DNA of 64,000 bases from Bacteroidota bacterium (lineage in GTDB: Bacteria; Bacteroidota; Bacteroidia; 2-12-FULL-35-15): contig JAOQAE010000002.1 in the NCBI GenBank assembly GCA_025963725.1, positions 1,356,411-1,420,410 on the forward strand, read 5' to 3'. A program made the translations under genes and the position numbers. Position 1 is the first letter of the stretch; each line of letters opens with the position of its first letter. A model generated the notes under the pieces. The model saw only the letters and a program-made list of their open reading frames with translations, was not told the DNA's origin and ran no database searches. Positions 9,837 to 19,190 of the stretch are shown here, piece after piece.

Positions 9837-10985
9837 ATGGCATCATTAAAAGTATTTGTTTCATCTACATGCTATGACCTGAATATAGTTAGAGCACAAC
9901 TACGCTCTTTCTTGATTAATCTAGGTCACGAACCGGTAATGAGTGATTATAATGACGTATTGTTTGATCCTCGATCACATACGCATGAAAGTTGTATCCA
10001 AGAAATAAAAAACGCAGATGTCGTAATATTAATAATTGGTTCTAGATTTGGTGGAATGGCCACGCCAAAAGTTATTACGTCCTTAGATTTAGAAAATTTA
10101 AAAAACTTATCTAAAGGAAATAAGTTGATTGATACCCCTGATAAGATGTCCATAACCCAACTTGAAATATTAAATGCTGTTGAATCTAACATCCCCATTT
10201 TTACATTTATTGATTCTAGAGTATCGTATGATCATTTATTTTACGAAAAAAATAAAAATAAAGGATTTCTAGAAAATCTCGACTTTCCATCTATTGAAAA
10301 AAAAGAAAGTGCGATTTACATTTTCGAATTCATCAATTTTTTACGATTAAGATCAAAAAACAACAGTATTACAGAATTTAGTAAATCGGGTGATATAGAG
10401 GACTTTTTAAAAAAACAATGGTCATCTCTATTACAACGACTCCTGTCTGAACAGAAAAATAAAATTGTTGAAGAAAAACGACTCGATTTCTTATCGAAAC
10501 AGATCGAAGATATAAAAACAGCCATCTTAACTACCATTCCCAGTGACGAATTAAAAGAAACCGCTAAAGGTGCAATTAAGTATAGAGCCATCATAGACTT
10601 TTTGTTAAGTTTTAAAAACATTCCAACTACTGAAGAAATTATTTTAAGCAGGCTCAACTGGGAAGAACTTTTACTAAAATTTGGTATCGTTCGCACAGTG
10701 TTAACCCGAGATATAAAAAGAAAATACACTAAAAGAATGGTGATAGCTTTTATAAGAGCTGACGAGAGATTCTATTTAAGCAGATATGACAATGAGATAA
10801 TCGAAAATTATATTAAAATAGGTTGGATGGAGTTCACTCAACTACCAGATCAAAGAAAAAAAGCAATTTATAACGCTATCAAAGACAATTTTATAGAACG
10901 AGACTTTATCAGAGATTTAGAATTTATTGATAGGAAATTCGAGGACTATGAAATGGATACTAAACAGGAAGAAAAAACAGAATAA
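9837..10985 (+). CDS. DUF4062-like (TIR-superfamily) N-terminal domain protein with a helical C-terminal region; AT-rich islet
   Basis: N-terminus KVFVSSTCYDLNIVRAQLRSFLINLGHEPVMSDY...CIQEIKNADVVILIIGSRFGG matches the DUF4062 signature (VFISST.DL..eR). The gene is markedly AT-rich (about 33% GC), while flanking genes are about 50-55% GC. Confidence 0.6.
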   Translation: MASLKVFVSSTCYDLNIVRAQLRSFLINLGHEPVMSDYNDVLFDPRSHTHESCIQEIKNADVVILIIGSRFGGMATPKVITSLDLENLKNLSKGNKLIDTPDKMSITQLEILNAVESNIPIFTFIDSRVSYDHLFYEKNKNKGFLENLDFPSIEKKESAIYIFEFINFLRLRSKNNSITEFSKSGDIEDFLKKQWSSLLQRLLSEQKNKIVEEKRLDFLSKQIEDIKTAILTTIPSDELKETAKGAIKYRAIIDFLLSFKNIPTTEEIILSRLNWEELLLKFGIVRTVLTRDIKRKYTKRMVIAFIRADERFYLSRYDNEIIENYIKIGWMEFTQLPDQRKKAIYNAIKDNFIERDFIRDLEFIDRKFEDYEMDTKQEEKTE

Positions 10986-11087
10986 CTACTTGACCTGTAA
11001 GACAACAAGAGCAATTGAAAACGGATTTCCAATTGCCTTGGAACGAATTTGCCAACCTACTCTCGTTTAAAATAACTATCCATAAGA

Positions 11088-11618
11088 ATGTTCAACAATG
11101 ACAAACTTTCCAAATTAGTTATTCGTCAGTTTAATAACTCCGATAGTCTCGAAGAGCTCACTTCCTTACTTCATAAATCATATAAGAAGCTGGCTGATCA
11201 AGGTTTTCGCTTTCATGCATCTCACCAAGATATTCATACTACAAAGCAACGCATAGAAAACGCTGAATGCTATGTTATGACCATTGAGAATAAACTTATT
11301 GGCACAATTTCTTACCGTTCTCCAGCAGCCAAGGATGAACATCCCTATTACGATCAACCATTTGTTGCTTCGTTTGGACAATTTGCTGTTGATCCAGAGT
11401 ACCAGGAAATGGGGCTTGGCAGTAAATTAATAGACACGGCTGAAAAATGCGCCGTTCGTGACGGTGCAGAAGAAATTGCAATAGACACCGCAGAAGGAGC
11501 GACAAACCTTATCGAATACTATAATAAACGCGGCTACCGGTTCGTGACATATACGCAATGGGAAGTAACGAATTACCGGAGCGTAATACTTGCGAAAAGG
11601 TTAAAAACTCATCAGTAA
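11088..11618 (+). CDS. GNAT family N-acetyltransferase
   Basis: QFAVDPEYQEMGLGSKLIDTAEKCA matches acetyl-CoA binding motif A (Q/RxxGxG/A). Confidence 0.7.
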   Translation: MFNNDKLSKLVIRQFNNSDSLEELTSLLHKSYKKLADQGFRFHASHQDIHTTKQRIENAECYVMTIENKLIGTISYRSPAAKDEHPYYDQPFVASFGQFAVDPEYQEMGLGSKLIDTAEKCAVRDGAEEIAIDTAEGATNLIEYYNKRGYRFVTYTQWEVTNYRSVILAKRLKTHQ

Positions 11619-11695
11619 ACCCCGGAACGCCAATTACTATTATACTTCTGTAACAAATCTCCCCTTCCACCGTCACAGGATAAAAAATTCAAAAA

Positions 11696-12655
11696 ATGCG
11701 CTCTATCTTCATCACCATTTTCACGATCTTCTCTTTTGTTGCTTTCGCTCAAAATCCAGCGCACGGAACTTTTAAAAGAGACAGCCTGCTTGTTATTAAA
11801 AAGAATCCCGAAAAAGGATTTTACAATGACTACATCCTGTTCATTCCAAAAGGAACGCCCCTCAACAAACAAATCTTCCTGCTGGTGGAGCCGAACAACA
11901 CCGGCAAGCTATCCGACAGCATAGAGGTGCATGAAAAACATGCTGTTTACCTGGCCTCGGTAAGCTCGGTCGGGAACAACATTTCCACCGAGCTCAAAAT
12001 CCCTTTGCTGGTCCCTGTTTTCCCGAGGCCCGCATCCCGGCCGCTGATGTATACTCACGCCTTAGACAGGGATGTAATGGAAGAACGATCACCGGAACTA
12101 AAGCGGCTTGACCTGCAATTACTGGCAATGACAGACAATGTCAGGAGCATCTTGGCTGCGATGAATATCCGGGTTGCCCCTAAATTCTTCATGAGCGGAT
12201 TTTCGGCGTCCGCTACATTCACCAACCGCTTTTCCTTCATGCATCCCGAAAAAATACAGGCACTGGCCATCGGAGGATTCAACGGGGAGCTGATGCTTCC
12301 TCAAAAGGAAATAAACGGCATTAACCTTAATTATCCCCTCGGAACAAACGACTTTCCGGCATTATTCGGTAAAAGCTTTGACATTGATACATACAGGTCT
12401 ATCCCGCAGTTTATTTATATGGGGAAGCTGGATGAAAATGATGCCGTTCAGTATGACGACGCTTATAACGACACTGAACGCAACATTATTAATAATAACA
12501 TAGGAGCAGCTGTACAGAAAAGATATTTGAAATGTCAGGAAATTTACATAACGAATAATATTCAGCCCATCTTCAAAGTTTATGAAAACATTGGCCACTG
12601 GACTACTTCAGGCATGAATTTAGAGGTTATTAAATTCTTCGCGGGCCAAATGTGA
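11696..12655 (+). CDS. Secreted hypothetical protein (alpha/beta-hydrolase-like)
   Basis: Signal peptide MRSIFITIFTIFSFVAFAQ. A GFSAS pentapeptide resembles the nucleophile elbow GxSxG. No confident family assignment. Confidence 0.45.
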   Translation: MRSIFITIFTIFSFVAFAQNPAHGTFKRDSLLVIKKNPEKGFYNDYILFIPKGTPLNKQIFLLVEPNNTGKLSDSIEVHEKHAVYLASVSSVGNNISTELKIPLLVPVFPRPASRPLMYTHALDRDVMEERSPELKRLDLQLLAMTDNVRSILAAMNIRVAPKFFMSGFSASATFTNRFSFMHPEKIQALAIGGFNGELMLPQKEINGINLNYPLGTNDFPALFGKSFDIDTYRSIPQFIYMGKLDENDAVQYDDAYNDTERNIINNNIGAAVQKRYLKCQEIYITNNIQPIFKVYENIGHWTTSGMNLEVIKFFAGQM

Positions 12656-12734
12656 CGTGTCCGCATTTTTGCATTTACAATTCATTTTGTACCTTTAATA
12701 AGGTCAATGAGTAGAAACATATAAACACATTCAC

Positions 12735-13184
12735 ATGCCAGATAACAGCGTAAAATTGCATAAAGTGGTCAAAGCAGATCCTGCAAAAGTATACCGTGCC
12801 TTTACCGAAGCGCTCGCCATTTCATCTTGGCTCCCGCCTTACGGCTTTTTATGTACGGTGCATGAAATGGACGTACGTGTTGGCGGCGGCTATAAAATGT
12901 CCTTCACCAATTTCACTACCGGTAACAGCCATTCCTTTAGCGGAAAATACCTGGAACTAAAGCCGGGAGAATTCCTTAAATACACAGACAAATTTGATGA
13001 TCCCAACCTGCCGGGAGATATGATGACAACAGTACGCCTCAGGAAGGTTTCCTGCGGCACCGAACTGGAAGTTGTCCAGGAGAACATTCCTCCGGCTATA
13101 CCGGCAGAAATGTGCTACCTGGGCTGGCAGGATTCCATTGAAAAGCTGACGAAGCTGGTTGAGCCTCAGATTCCGGATGCCTGA
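12735..13184 (+). CDS. SRPBCC family protein (Aha1/AHSA1 activator-of-Hsp90-like domain)
   Basis: VVKADPAKVYRAFTEALAISSWLPP...GGGYKMSFTNFTTG...GKYLELKPGEFLKYT is typical of AHSA1/SRPBCC. Confidence 0.7.
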   Translation: MPDNSVKLHKVVKADPAKVYRAFTEALAISSWLPPYGFLCTVHEMDVRVGGGYKMSFTNFTTGNSHSFSGKYLELKPGEFLKYTDKFDDPNLPGDMMTTVRLRKVSCGTELEVVQENIPPAIPAEMCYLGWQDSIEKLTKLVEPQIPDA

Positions 13185-13215
13185 GAGACATTCGTTCAAG
13201 TCATAAATCAATTAC

Positions 13216-13485
13216 ATGGAAGAGCACATAAAACGCGACGCTTACCTGAAAGGACTGAAGCTGAAAAACACAGGGCTCGATGAAGAGACTATCTGTATCC
13301 GGCTTGAAAAGCAAGGTATTCCCTATGACCTTGCCCAAGAAGTTGCTAAGAACGTGTTCCTCCAGAGGCAGATCGATGCGGTCAACAATCAGCCTGCACC
13401 TGTTTTTAGTATTCCTAAACGACCCATCATCAGCATTCTGATCGATGAAATACGTCTTTGGTTTCAAATGAGAAAACAGAAATAA
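13216..13485 (+). CDS. Small hypothetical protein
   Basis: An 89-aa ORF in an intergenic gap. No recognisable domain, so it may be non-coding. Confidence 0.3.
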   Translation: MEEHIKRDAYLKGLKLKNTGLDEETICIRLEKQGIPYDLAQEVAKNVFLQRQIDAVNNQPAPVFSIPKRPIISILIDEIRLWFQMRKQK

Positions 13486-13533
13486 TGATGATATGGTTAT
13501 TTATGAACCGGGACATTTAAAATCCCCGGACAA

Positions 13534-14169
13534 TCACACGATCCTGTCCTTGAACGCCTTCGCCACTGCTTCCGACTTGCTGTTCACATGCAGCTTTTCA
13601 TAGATCTTCTTAATGTGGCTCCGCACCGTATCGATCGCGATGAACATATCCGCTGCGATCATTTTATAGGAATAGCCTTTCACTAAATATTCGAGCACTT
13701 CCCGCTCCCTTGCAGTAAGATTATAATTATCCTTTTTCCTCGAATAGATCTCCGAGAACATCTTCAGCACCTGCGTAGCAACGCTGGAGGTCATTGGCGA
13801 GCCGCCGTGGTAAGCGTCGTAAATATGCTCCAGCAGCTTCGAGGGCGCTGTTTTTTTCAGCAGGTAGCCATTCGCTCCCGACTGGATAGCATCAAACACG
13901 CTTTTATCGTCATCAAAAACGGTAAGCATCAGCACTTTTGTTTCGGTGTTCCCGGAAGCCCGCAGCAGCTTCAACCCTTCTATCCCTTTCAGCCCGGGCA
14001 TATCGATATCGAGCAGCAGCACATCTGCCGGATGCTGCATGCAATCGTCCACAATATTGTTGCAGTTGGGGAATGTTCCCACTACGGTAAATCCTTCCGA
14101 GCCATCGATCAGGATCCCGAGGCTTTCGCGCAGCTGGGCATTGTCTTCATAGATTGAAACTGTGATCAT
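13534..14169 (-). CDS. Two-component response regulator, NarL/LuxR family
   Basis: Receiver domain with DVLLLDIDMPGLKG and KVLMLTVFDDD. C-terminal LuxR helix-turn-helix reads LTAREREVLEYLVKGYSYKMIAADMFIAIDTVRSHIKKIYEKL. The start codon abuts the sensor kinase stop at 14171. Confidence 0.9.
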   Translation of the reverse strand: MITVSIYEDNAQLRESLGILIDGSEGFTVVGTFPNCNNIVDDCMQHPADVLLLDIDMPGLKGIEGLKLLRASGNTETKVLMLTVFDDDKSVFDAIQSGANGYLLKKTAPSKLLEHIYDAYHGGSPMTSSVATQVLKMFSEIYSRKKDNYNLTAREREVLEYLVKGYSYKMIAADMFIAIDTVRSHIKKIYEKLHVNSKSEAVAKAFKDRIV

Positions 14170-14170
14170 C

Positions 14171-17100
14171 TTATAACTTTTTTAATGGGATTAACAGTGA
14201 AACGCGTGTGCCCTTCCCCGGTTCTGATTCCACCTTCAGCAATCCTCCTGCATCTTCCGCCCTTTTCTTCATGTTGGTGAGGCCGTTCCCGCCGCGTGTC
14301 TCCTGTGGGTTGAACCCGGCGCCGTCGTCCGTGATGCACAGTGAAAGGCTCCTACTGCTGACGCTGATCCGGATCGTCACATTTTTACATTCCGAATATT
14401 TCGCCGCATTGTTGATCGCCTCCTTGAACACAAGGAAGAAGTCCCTTCGCCATCTCATCTTTGTGCCGATCGCAGGCACGGCATCATCCACCTCAAAGGC
14501 CAGGCTGATGTTGAGCGGCTCGAGAATGCCTGCCGCGAATTCGCGCATCCTCACCACCACCTTCGCCATTGTATCGTTCACGGGGTTGATGCTCCAGATG
14601 ATGTCGTCCATGCTCTGCATCATCTCCTGCGAGATCCTGTTGATCCGCTTTAAATATTCCCTGCTCAGCGGTGCTTCCTGCTCGATCTTATTCTCTGCCA
14701 TTACGCTGAGGATATTGATCGTGCTCAGCGTCGAGCCCATGTCATCGTGCAGGTCCCTCGAAAGATCGAAGCGGATCTTCTCGATGGCCAGCAGCTTGTT
14801 CACCCTGATGCGGTACAACAGGTAAAAGAGCGTGCATACGAACAGCGCCAGCAGCAGGTAGAACCAGGCGGTCTGAAAGAACGGCTTTGCAACGCTGAAG
14901 CCCATTTTTAATTCCTGGATGCTGCTTTTGTTCTCCTGGAAAATGCATTTCAGGCGGAATGTGTAATCGCCGCCCTTGAGGTTATTGTAGGTGACCACCC
15001 TGTTGCTCCCTGCGGGCAGCCATTCCTGGTCGATGCCTTCCAGCATGTAATAGTAATCGATGGAGTTGTAATACTTGAACGTGGAAGAGCCGAACTCGAT
15101 GTTGATGGTATTGTGATCCTTATCAAAATGCAAAAGCTCTTCCTGGTTTTCCTTTAAGAAGAACGACTTGTCGAAGCTGCTCACCGTATAAATGCAGGAG
15201 GCCGGCATCGTCTTTTTTTCAGAGCGGCTTACAGGCAGGCTGTACAAATATTCATCATCCGCGAGCAGCACTTCCTTTCCATTCCTTCTCAGGCAGATGC
15301 CATTGAAACCTTTATAAAGGTTCGCGTTCTTATCGATCCGCTCAAAGCTTTTCAGCTCCCAGTTGATCCGGTACAGGCCGTCGCTGGTGATCGCGATCAT
15401 GGTGTTATCGCCCGCATTTACGAGATCATACACATTGCTGAAAGGAAGCCCGTCATAAAATGTATAAAAGCTGAATTTATTTTTGCCGTAATCAAAATAA
15501 CCCAGCCCGTTGGAAGTGCCTGCAAAATAGCCTTTGCCGGGATCGGGAAGCAGGCCGAAAATATTATTGCTTTTCAATGCGCCCGGGTCGCTGATGCTCA
15601 TTTTATAATGAACGGTTTTTTCATTCTTCAGGTTCACACGGATAATGCCGTCGTAATTTGTAGCGATCAGCAGCTCATTACCATCGCAGAAAATACTGGT
15701 CACCGCTCCGGCTGCGGTCCTTGCTTCGAGCTGTTTTGAGTCATAGACCCGTCTGAAAGAGGGTGAGCCCTTTTCCTTTTTCACCACTGCGCCGCCAATC
15801 GTCCCGAAAAACAAATCCCCATCATTATTTTCCGTGATGCACATTACTGTCTTTTCGCCAAATGCAGGATCATTGTAAAAGCTGAATTCACTCGTAGCGC
15901 GGTCGAAACGGATCAGCCTTCCCTGCTGGCAGCCCATCCATACCTCTTTCCTGTCCTTAGTTTCAGCGATACACCAGAGCATGTTAAAATAATGATCCTT
16001 TATCTTCTTCTCCAGATCAATGACCTTAACCAGCTTCAGATCCTTATCAAGAATGAATAATCCCTGCCCGAATGTACCTGTCCATACCATGCCGTCAGCG
16101 CATTCGTTGATGCAGTTGTAAATGTGCTTCACATATCCCGTTCCATCCGACTCGTTACGGATCCTGAAACCGCGCTCTTTTATATCAAACACAAAAAGCC
16201 CGGCATTGGTGCACAGCCATACATTGTGCTCTCCGTCTTCAAACATCCTGACACATACCGAAAAATCGATGGCCTTTCCTTCCTTCAGATTTTCCTTGAT
16301 CGGAACGATCTCATCGGAACCTGCAGGGATCACATCAAGCCCATCGCCATATACCCAGATGTTGTTATCGGAATCCTTAAAAAAGCGGCGCCCCGCATAC
16401 GATCTTATATCCCATTTCCGGCAGTCACCGCTTTTTTTATTCAGCCGCATCAGGTCATAGTTCAGCTTTTCATCGTTCCATACAAGCGCATACACGTGCT
16501 CACCATCGTCGTACAGGTCATTCACAGCGCCTTTCAGGCAGGAAGCATTCAGCCAGAAAAGGTTCCCCGGAAGCTCGTTCGTCTCCAGCATCCTGTCTTT
16601 TGCGGCATCAAAAACCCCGCATCCGCCCTTATGAAAAACAAGCAGCCTGTTATTTCCCGCAGCCAGGGCTTTCACCTTTTTCAGGAGATGAAAATTCTTA
16701 TCGCCCACCCTTACAAAGGAATTTTTACCGGGGATGTACCTGATCAGCCCAAGCTCGCGTGAAGTTGCCCAGATGATACCGGACCCGTCTTTGAACAGTG
16801 AGCTGAAAGCCAGTGTTTGTTCTGGTGTTTCCTTAGGAACAGGGATGTATTCAAATGTGCGCGAGTAGAGGTTGAACTTCGCGATGCCCTGGTAATGCGC
16901 TACCCAGAGAATGCTGTCGTTTCCCGGCAATAAAAATGAAACTGAATTGGAACCGGCTATGCCATTTTGCGAAAGCGGGAGATGGTACTTTTTGAATGTT
17001 TTTCCATCGAACAGCTGCAATCCGTTCAGTGTGCCGATCCAGTAGAGGTTGCGTGAATCCTGCACCATGGAATTCACAAGCGCGCCGGTGAGCCCTTCGT

Positions 17101-17203
17101 TTTTCCCGATCTTCCGGAAGCCGGGCTGGGTAAACTGGCTGTACAGCGTGCCTGTAACAAGAAGGAATAAGAGTAGCAGAAGCCCGTTCCTGGTGATCTT
17201 CAT
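14171..17203 (-). CDS. Hybrid sensor: two-component-regulator beta-propeller (Y_Y_Y) domain fused to a histidine kinase
   Basis: Signal peptide, about 700 aa of propeller repeats, one TM segment (WFYLLLALFVCTLFYLLY), and a HisKA_3/HATPase_c module (LSRDLHDDMGSTLS ... GGNGLTNMKKRAEDAGG). It is co-directional with the downstream LuxR regulator. Confidence 0.9.
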   Translation of the reverse strand: MKITRNGLLLLLFLLVTGTLYSQFTQPGFRKIGKNEGLTGALVNSMVQDSRNLYWIGTLNGLQLFDGKTFKKYHLPLSQNGIAGSNSVSFLLPGNDSILWVAHYQGIAKFNLYSRTFEYIPVPKETPEQTLAFSSLFKDGSGIIWATSRELGLIRYIPGKNSFVRVGDKNFHLLKKVKALAAGNNRLLVFHKGGCGVFDAAKDRMLETNELPGNLFWLNASCLKGAVNDLYDDGEHVYALVWNDEKLNYDLMRLNKKSGDCRKWDIRSYAGRRFFKDSDNNIWVYGDGLDVIPAGSDEIVPIKENLKEGKAIDFSVCVRMFEDGEHNVWLCTNAGLFVFDIKERGFRIRNESDGTGYVKHIYNCINECADGMVWTGTFGQGLFILDKDLKLVKVIDLEKKIKDHYFNMLWCIAETKDRKEVWMGCQQGRLIRFDRATSEFSFYNDPAFGEKTVMCITENNDGDLFFGTIGGAVVKKEKGSPSFRRVYDSKQLEARTAAGAVTSIFCDGNELLIATNYDGIIRVNLKNEKTVHYKMSISDPGALKSNNIFGLLPDPGKGYFAGTSNGLGYFDYGKNKFSFYTFYDGLPFSNVYDLVNAGDNTMIAITSDGLYRINWELKSFERIDKNANLYKGFNGICLRRNGKEVLLADDEYLYSLPVSRSEKKTMPASCIYTVSSFDKSFFLKENQEELLHFDKDHNTINIEFGSSTFKYYNSIDYYYMLEGIDQEWLPAGSNRVVTYNNLKGGDYTFRLKCIFQENKSSIQELKMGFSVAKPFFQTAWFYLLLALFVCTLFYLLYRIRVNKLLAIEKIRFDLSRDLHDDMGSTLSTINILSVMAENKIEQEAPLSREYLKRINRISQEMMQSMDDIIWSINPVNDTMAKVVVRMREFAAGILEPLNISLAFEVDDAVPAIGTKMRWRRDFFLVFKEAINNAAKYSECKNVTIRISVSSRSLSLCITDDGAGFNPQETRGGNGLTNMKKRAEDAGGLLKVESEPGKGTRVSLLIPLKKL

Positions 17204-17284
17204 ATAAAGTAAATTTACTAAGAATCACCAAGCGGTGTATTGCCGCTTCAAAAAAATAACATATTTATGCGATGAAGGCCCACA

Positions 17285-18616
17285 TCATAATTTCTGGATG
17301 GTATATGTTTTTACCTTTCCCGACGTTGTGTTTATCTTCACAAGAAAGATCCCGGAAGCAAGGCCCGAAAGATCGATCCTGCTTTCCTTTCGGGAGCTCA
17401 TTACCTGTTGCCCCGAGGCGGCATACACGGTTATTTCTGAAATGCGTTCTGTATTCATCAATTGAACATCCCCGTTCCCGGAATTGGATCCGATAAATTC
17501 AGGATCTTCATTCTCAGTTGAATATTCAAGGGAGATCACGGAAGAATAGGATTCATGCCCGTCGCAATCCTGCTGCCTCAGCCTGTAATAATAAACCTGC
17601 CCGGGAACGATCGTAGGATCCGACAGCTGGTAGCTGAGCATCGCGGTAGAATTCACCGCACCGCTTACCGTTCCCACGGAGTTGTAATTCACCGCGTCCT
17701 GTGAGCGCTCCACAAAGAACCGGCAGTTATTTGTTTCCGACATGGTAACCCATTCGAGCAGGGCTGCTTCTCCGTCGATCCGCCCCTCAAAGGAAAGCAG
17801 CTCTATCGGCAACGCAACAAGACAGCCGTTGCAGCCGGTATTCACCGTGGCGCTTCCCCAGTTGGGAATGCCGCTGTAGTTGATGCCCGAGGGCACACAA
17901 ACGCTTAACCCGGGGTCGGGCGATACGGGATAATCATTCGATGCATATTGCCGGATGTTAAGGCAGGCGCTTCCGGAAGGCACAACTACGCTGTTCGTGG
18001 TACGGTTATAAAAATAATTTCCGGTTGTCCAGCTGTTCCCGCCCAGGCACAGGCATCCGGGCGCGCTGGGGATCCATGCCATGAAACCGCCGCAATCCAC
18101 CCGGTAATTATTCACCATCCATGAATTGAGCCCCTGCACAATGATGTAATTAAAAGGAGATGCAAAATACCAGTCGTTGATCACCGTAACATTCGCACTG
18201 AGGATCACATGGCCGGCGAACAGTGAAGTACCCCAGTTATAATAGCTGGTATTCGAGCCGATCACCAGCGCTCCGCCGCCGTTGTAATTAAGCGTGGCGC
18301 CGGTGTTTACCCAGATCACGCCCGAGTTCACCGTAAAGTTGGTGATCGAAAGGTTCCCGCAAACGATGAGCCTGCCGCCGTTTACAGTCACATTCGCGTA
18401 GGTTGCAGTTCCCGAAAAGGTCATAGTGGTGCCGGCGTTGATCACGGCGCCATCGGTAAGCGGAATACTGCCTGCCGGCGTGCAGCCCGGAAATGCAGGG
18501 GCCACGGCACATTGCGAAAAGCTGCTGAAAAAATACAGGAAGAATACGATACAGCATGCAAACCTGTAGAAAAGCACAGGCGGCGCAGCTGCAGGGCGGC
18601 GGTTGTTTTTATTCAT
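17285..18616 (-). CDS. T9SS-sorted secreted protein (beta-helix-like)
   Basis: Start taken at MNKNNRR... before the hydrophobic signal. C-terminal T9SS type A domain reads ITVYAASGQQV...GIFLVKINTTSGKVKTYTIQKL. Confidence 0.65.
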   Translation of the reverse strand: MNKNNRRPAAAPPVLFYRFACCIVFFLYFFSSFSQCAVAPAFPGCTPAGSIPLTDGAVINAGTTMTFSGTATYANVTVNGGRLIVCGNLSITNFTVNSGVIWVNTGATLNYNGGGALVIGSNTSYYNWGTSLFAGHVILSANVTVINDWYFASPFNYIIVQGLNSWMVNNYRVDCGGFMAWIPSAPGCLCLGGNSWTTGNYFYNRTTNSVVVPSGSACLNIRQYASNDYPVSPDPGLSVCVPSGINYSGIPNWGSATVNTGCNGCLVALPIELLSFEGRIDGEAALLEWVTMSETNNCRFFVERSQDAVNYNSVGTVSGAVNSTAMLSYQLSDPTIVPGQVYYYRLRQQDCDGHESYSSVISLEYSTENEDPEFIGSNSGNGDVQLMNTERISEITVYAASGQQVMSSRKESRIDLSGLASGIFLVKINTTSGKVKTYTIQKL

Positions 18617-18687
18617 GATGCTACAGGAGATTTTATCCGGGCGCAAAAGTGGATAAGATGATCCTCACAAAAAATAGCATGAATGTG

Positions 18688-19008
18688 TTAAATGCAGATG
18701 ACAGGCTTGAGATAGCTTAACAGGATCTCCGTATGCCCCGGCTTTAAGATCACAACAGGCTCCGGAACAGCACCGAGGCTGCTGAATGCGCTTTTTTCGG
18801 GAACAGTGATGAAGAAGATGAACTGCGTGCCGGAATGAGATACTGAGCTGTTCTTTTTCAGCTCATCGAGGTAGAACAGCTGCCCGATAATGATGTAATC
18901 GAAAAAGCCCTGCGAGCAGTCGCAGGTAACATCAAGGCCATGCTTCAGCAGCTGCAGCTCTATGTCTTTTCTAACGATCTGTTCTTTCTCAAGAAGTAAT
19001 ATCCTCAT
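18688..19008 (-). CDS. Receiver-like domain protein (possibly a degenerate response regulator)
   Basis: MRILLLEKEQIV...DYIIIG...ITVPE resembles the CheY fold, but the acidic pocket is substituted. Weak call. Confidence 0.3.
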   Translation of the reverse strand: MRILLLEKEQIVRKDIELQLLKHGLDVTCDCSQGFFDYIIIGQLFYLDELKKNSSVSHSGTQFIFFITVPEKSAFSSLGAVPEPVVILKPGHTEILLSYLKPVICI

Positions 19009-19190
19009 TCGCTTGATATACTGAAGGTGTTCTTCTGCAAAATTGGAGCATGCAAAACCCAAAGGAAATCACATAAAGATGTTAAAGTGTAACAATTTGC
19101 GTTTCGGGTGCGTCAATGTACCGCAACACATATTTATGCGATCACATTATTAAAAAAACCTATTTAACTTTGCAAAAAAATTTAATCACC

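Noticed and set aside
14208-16762. Several 100-210-aa plus-strand ORFs
   Set aside because: They are antisense to the 1010-aa hybrid sensor kinase gene and have no independent support.
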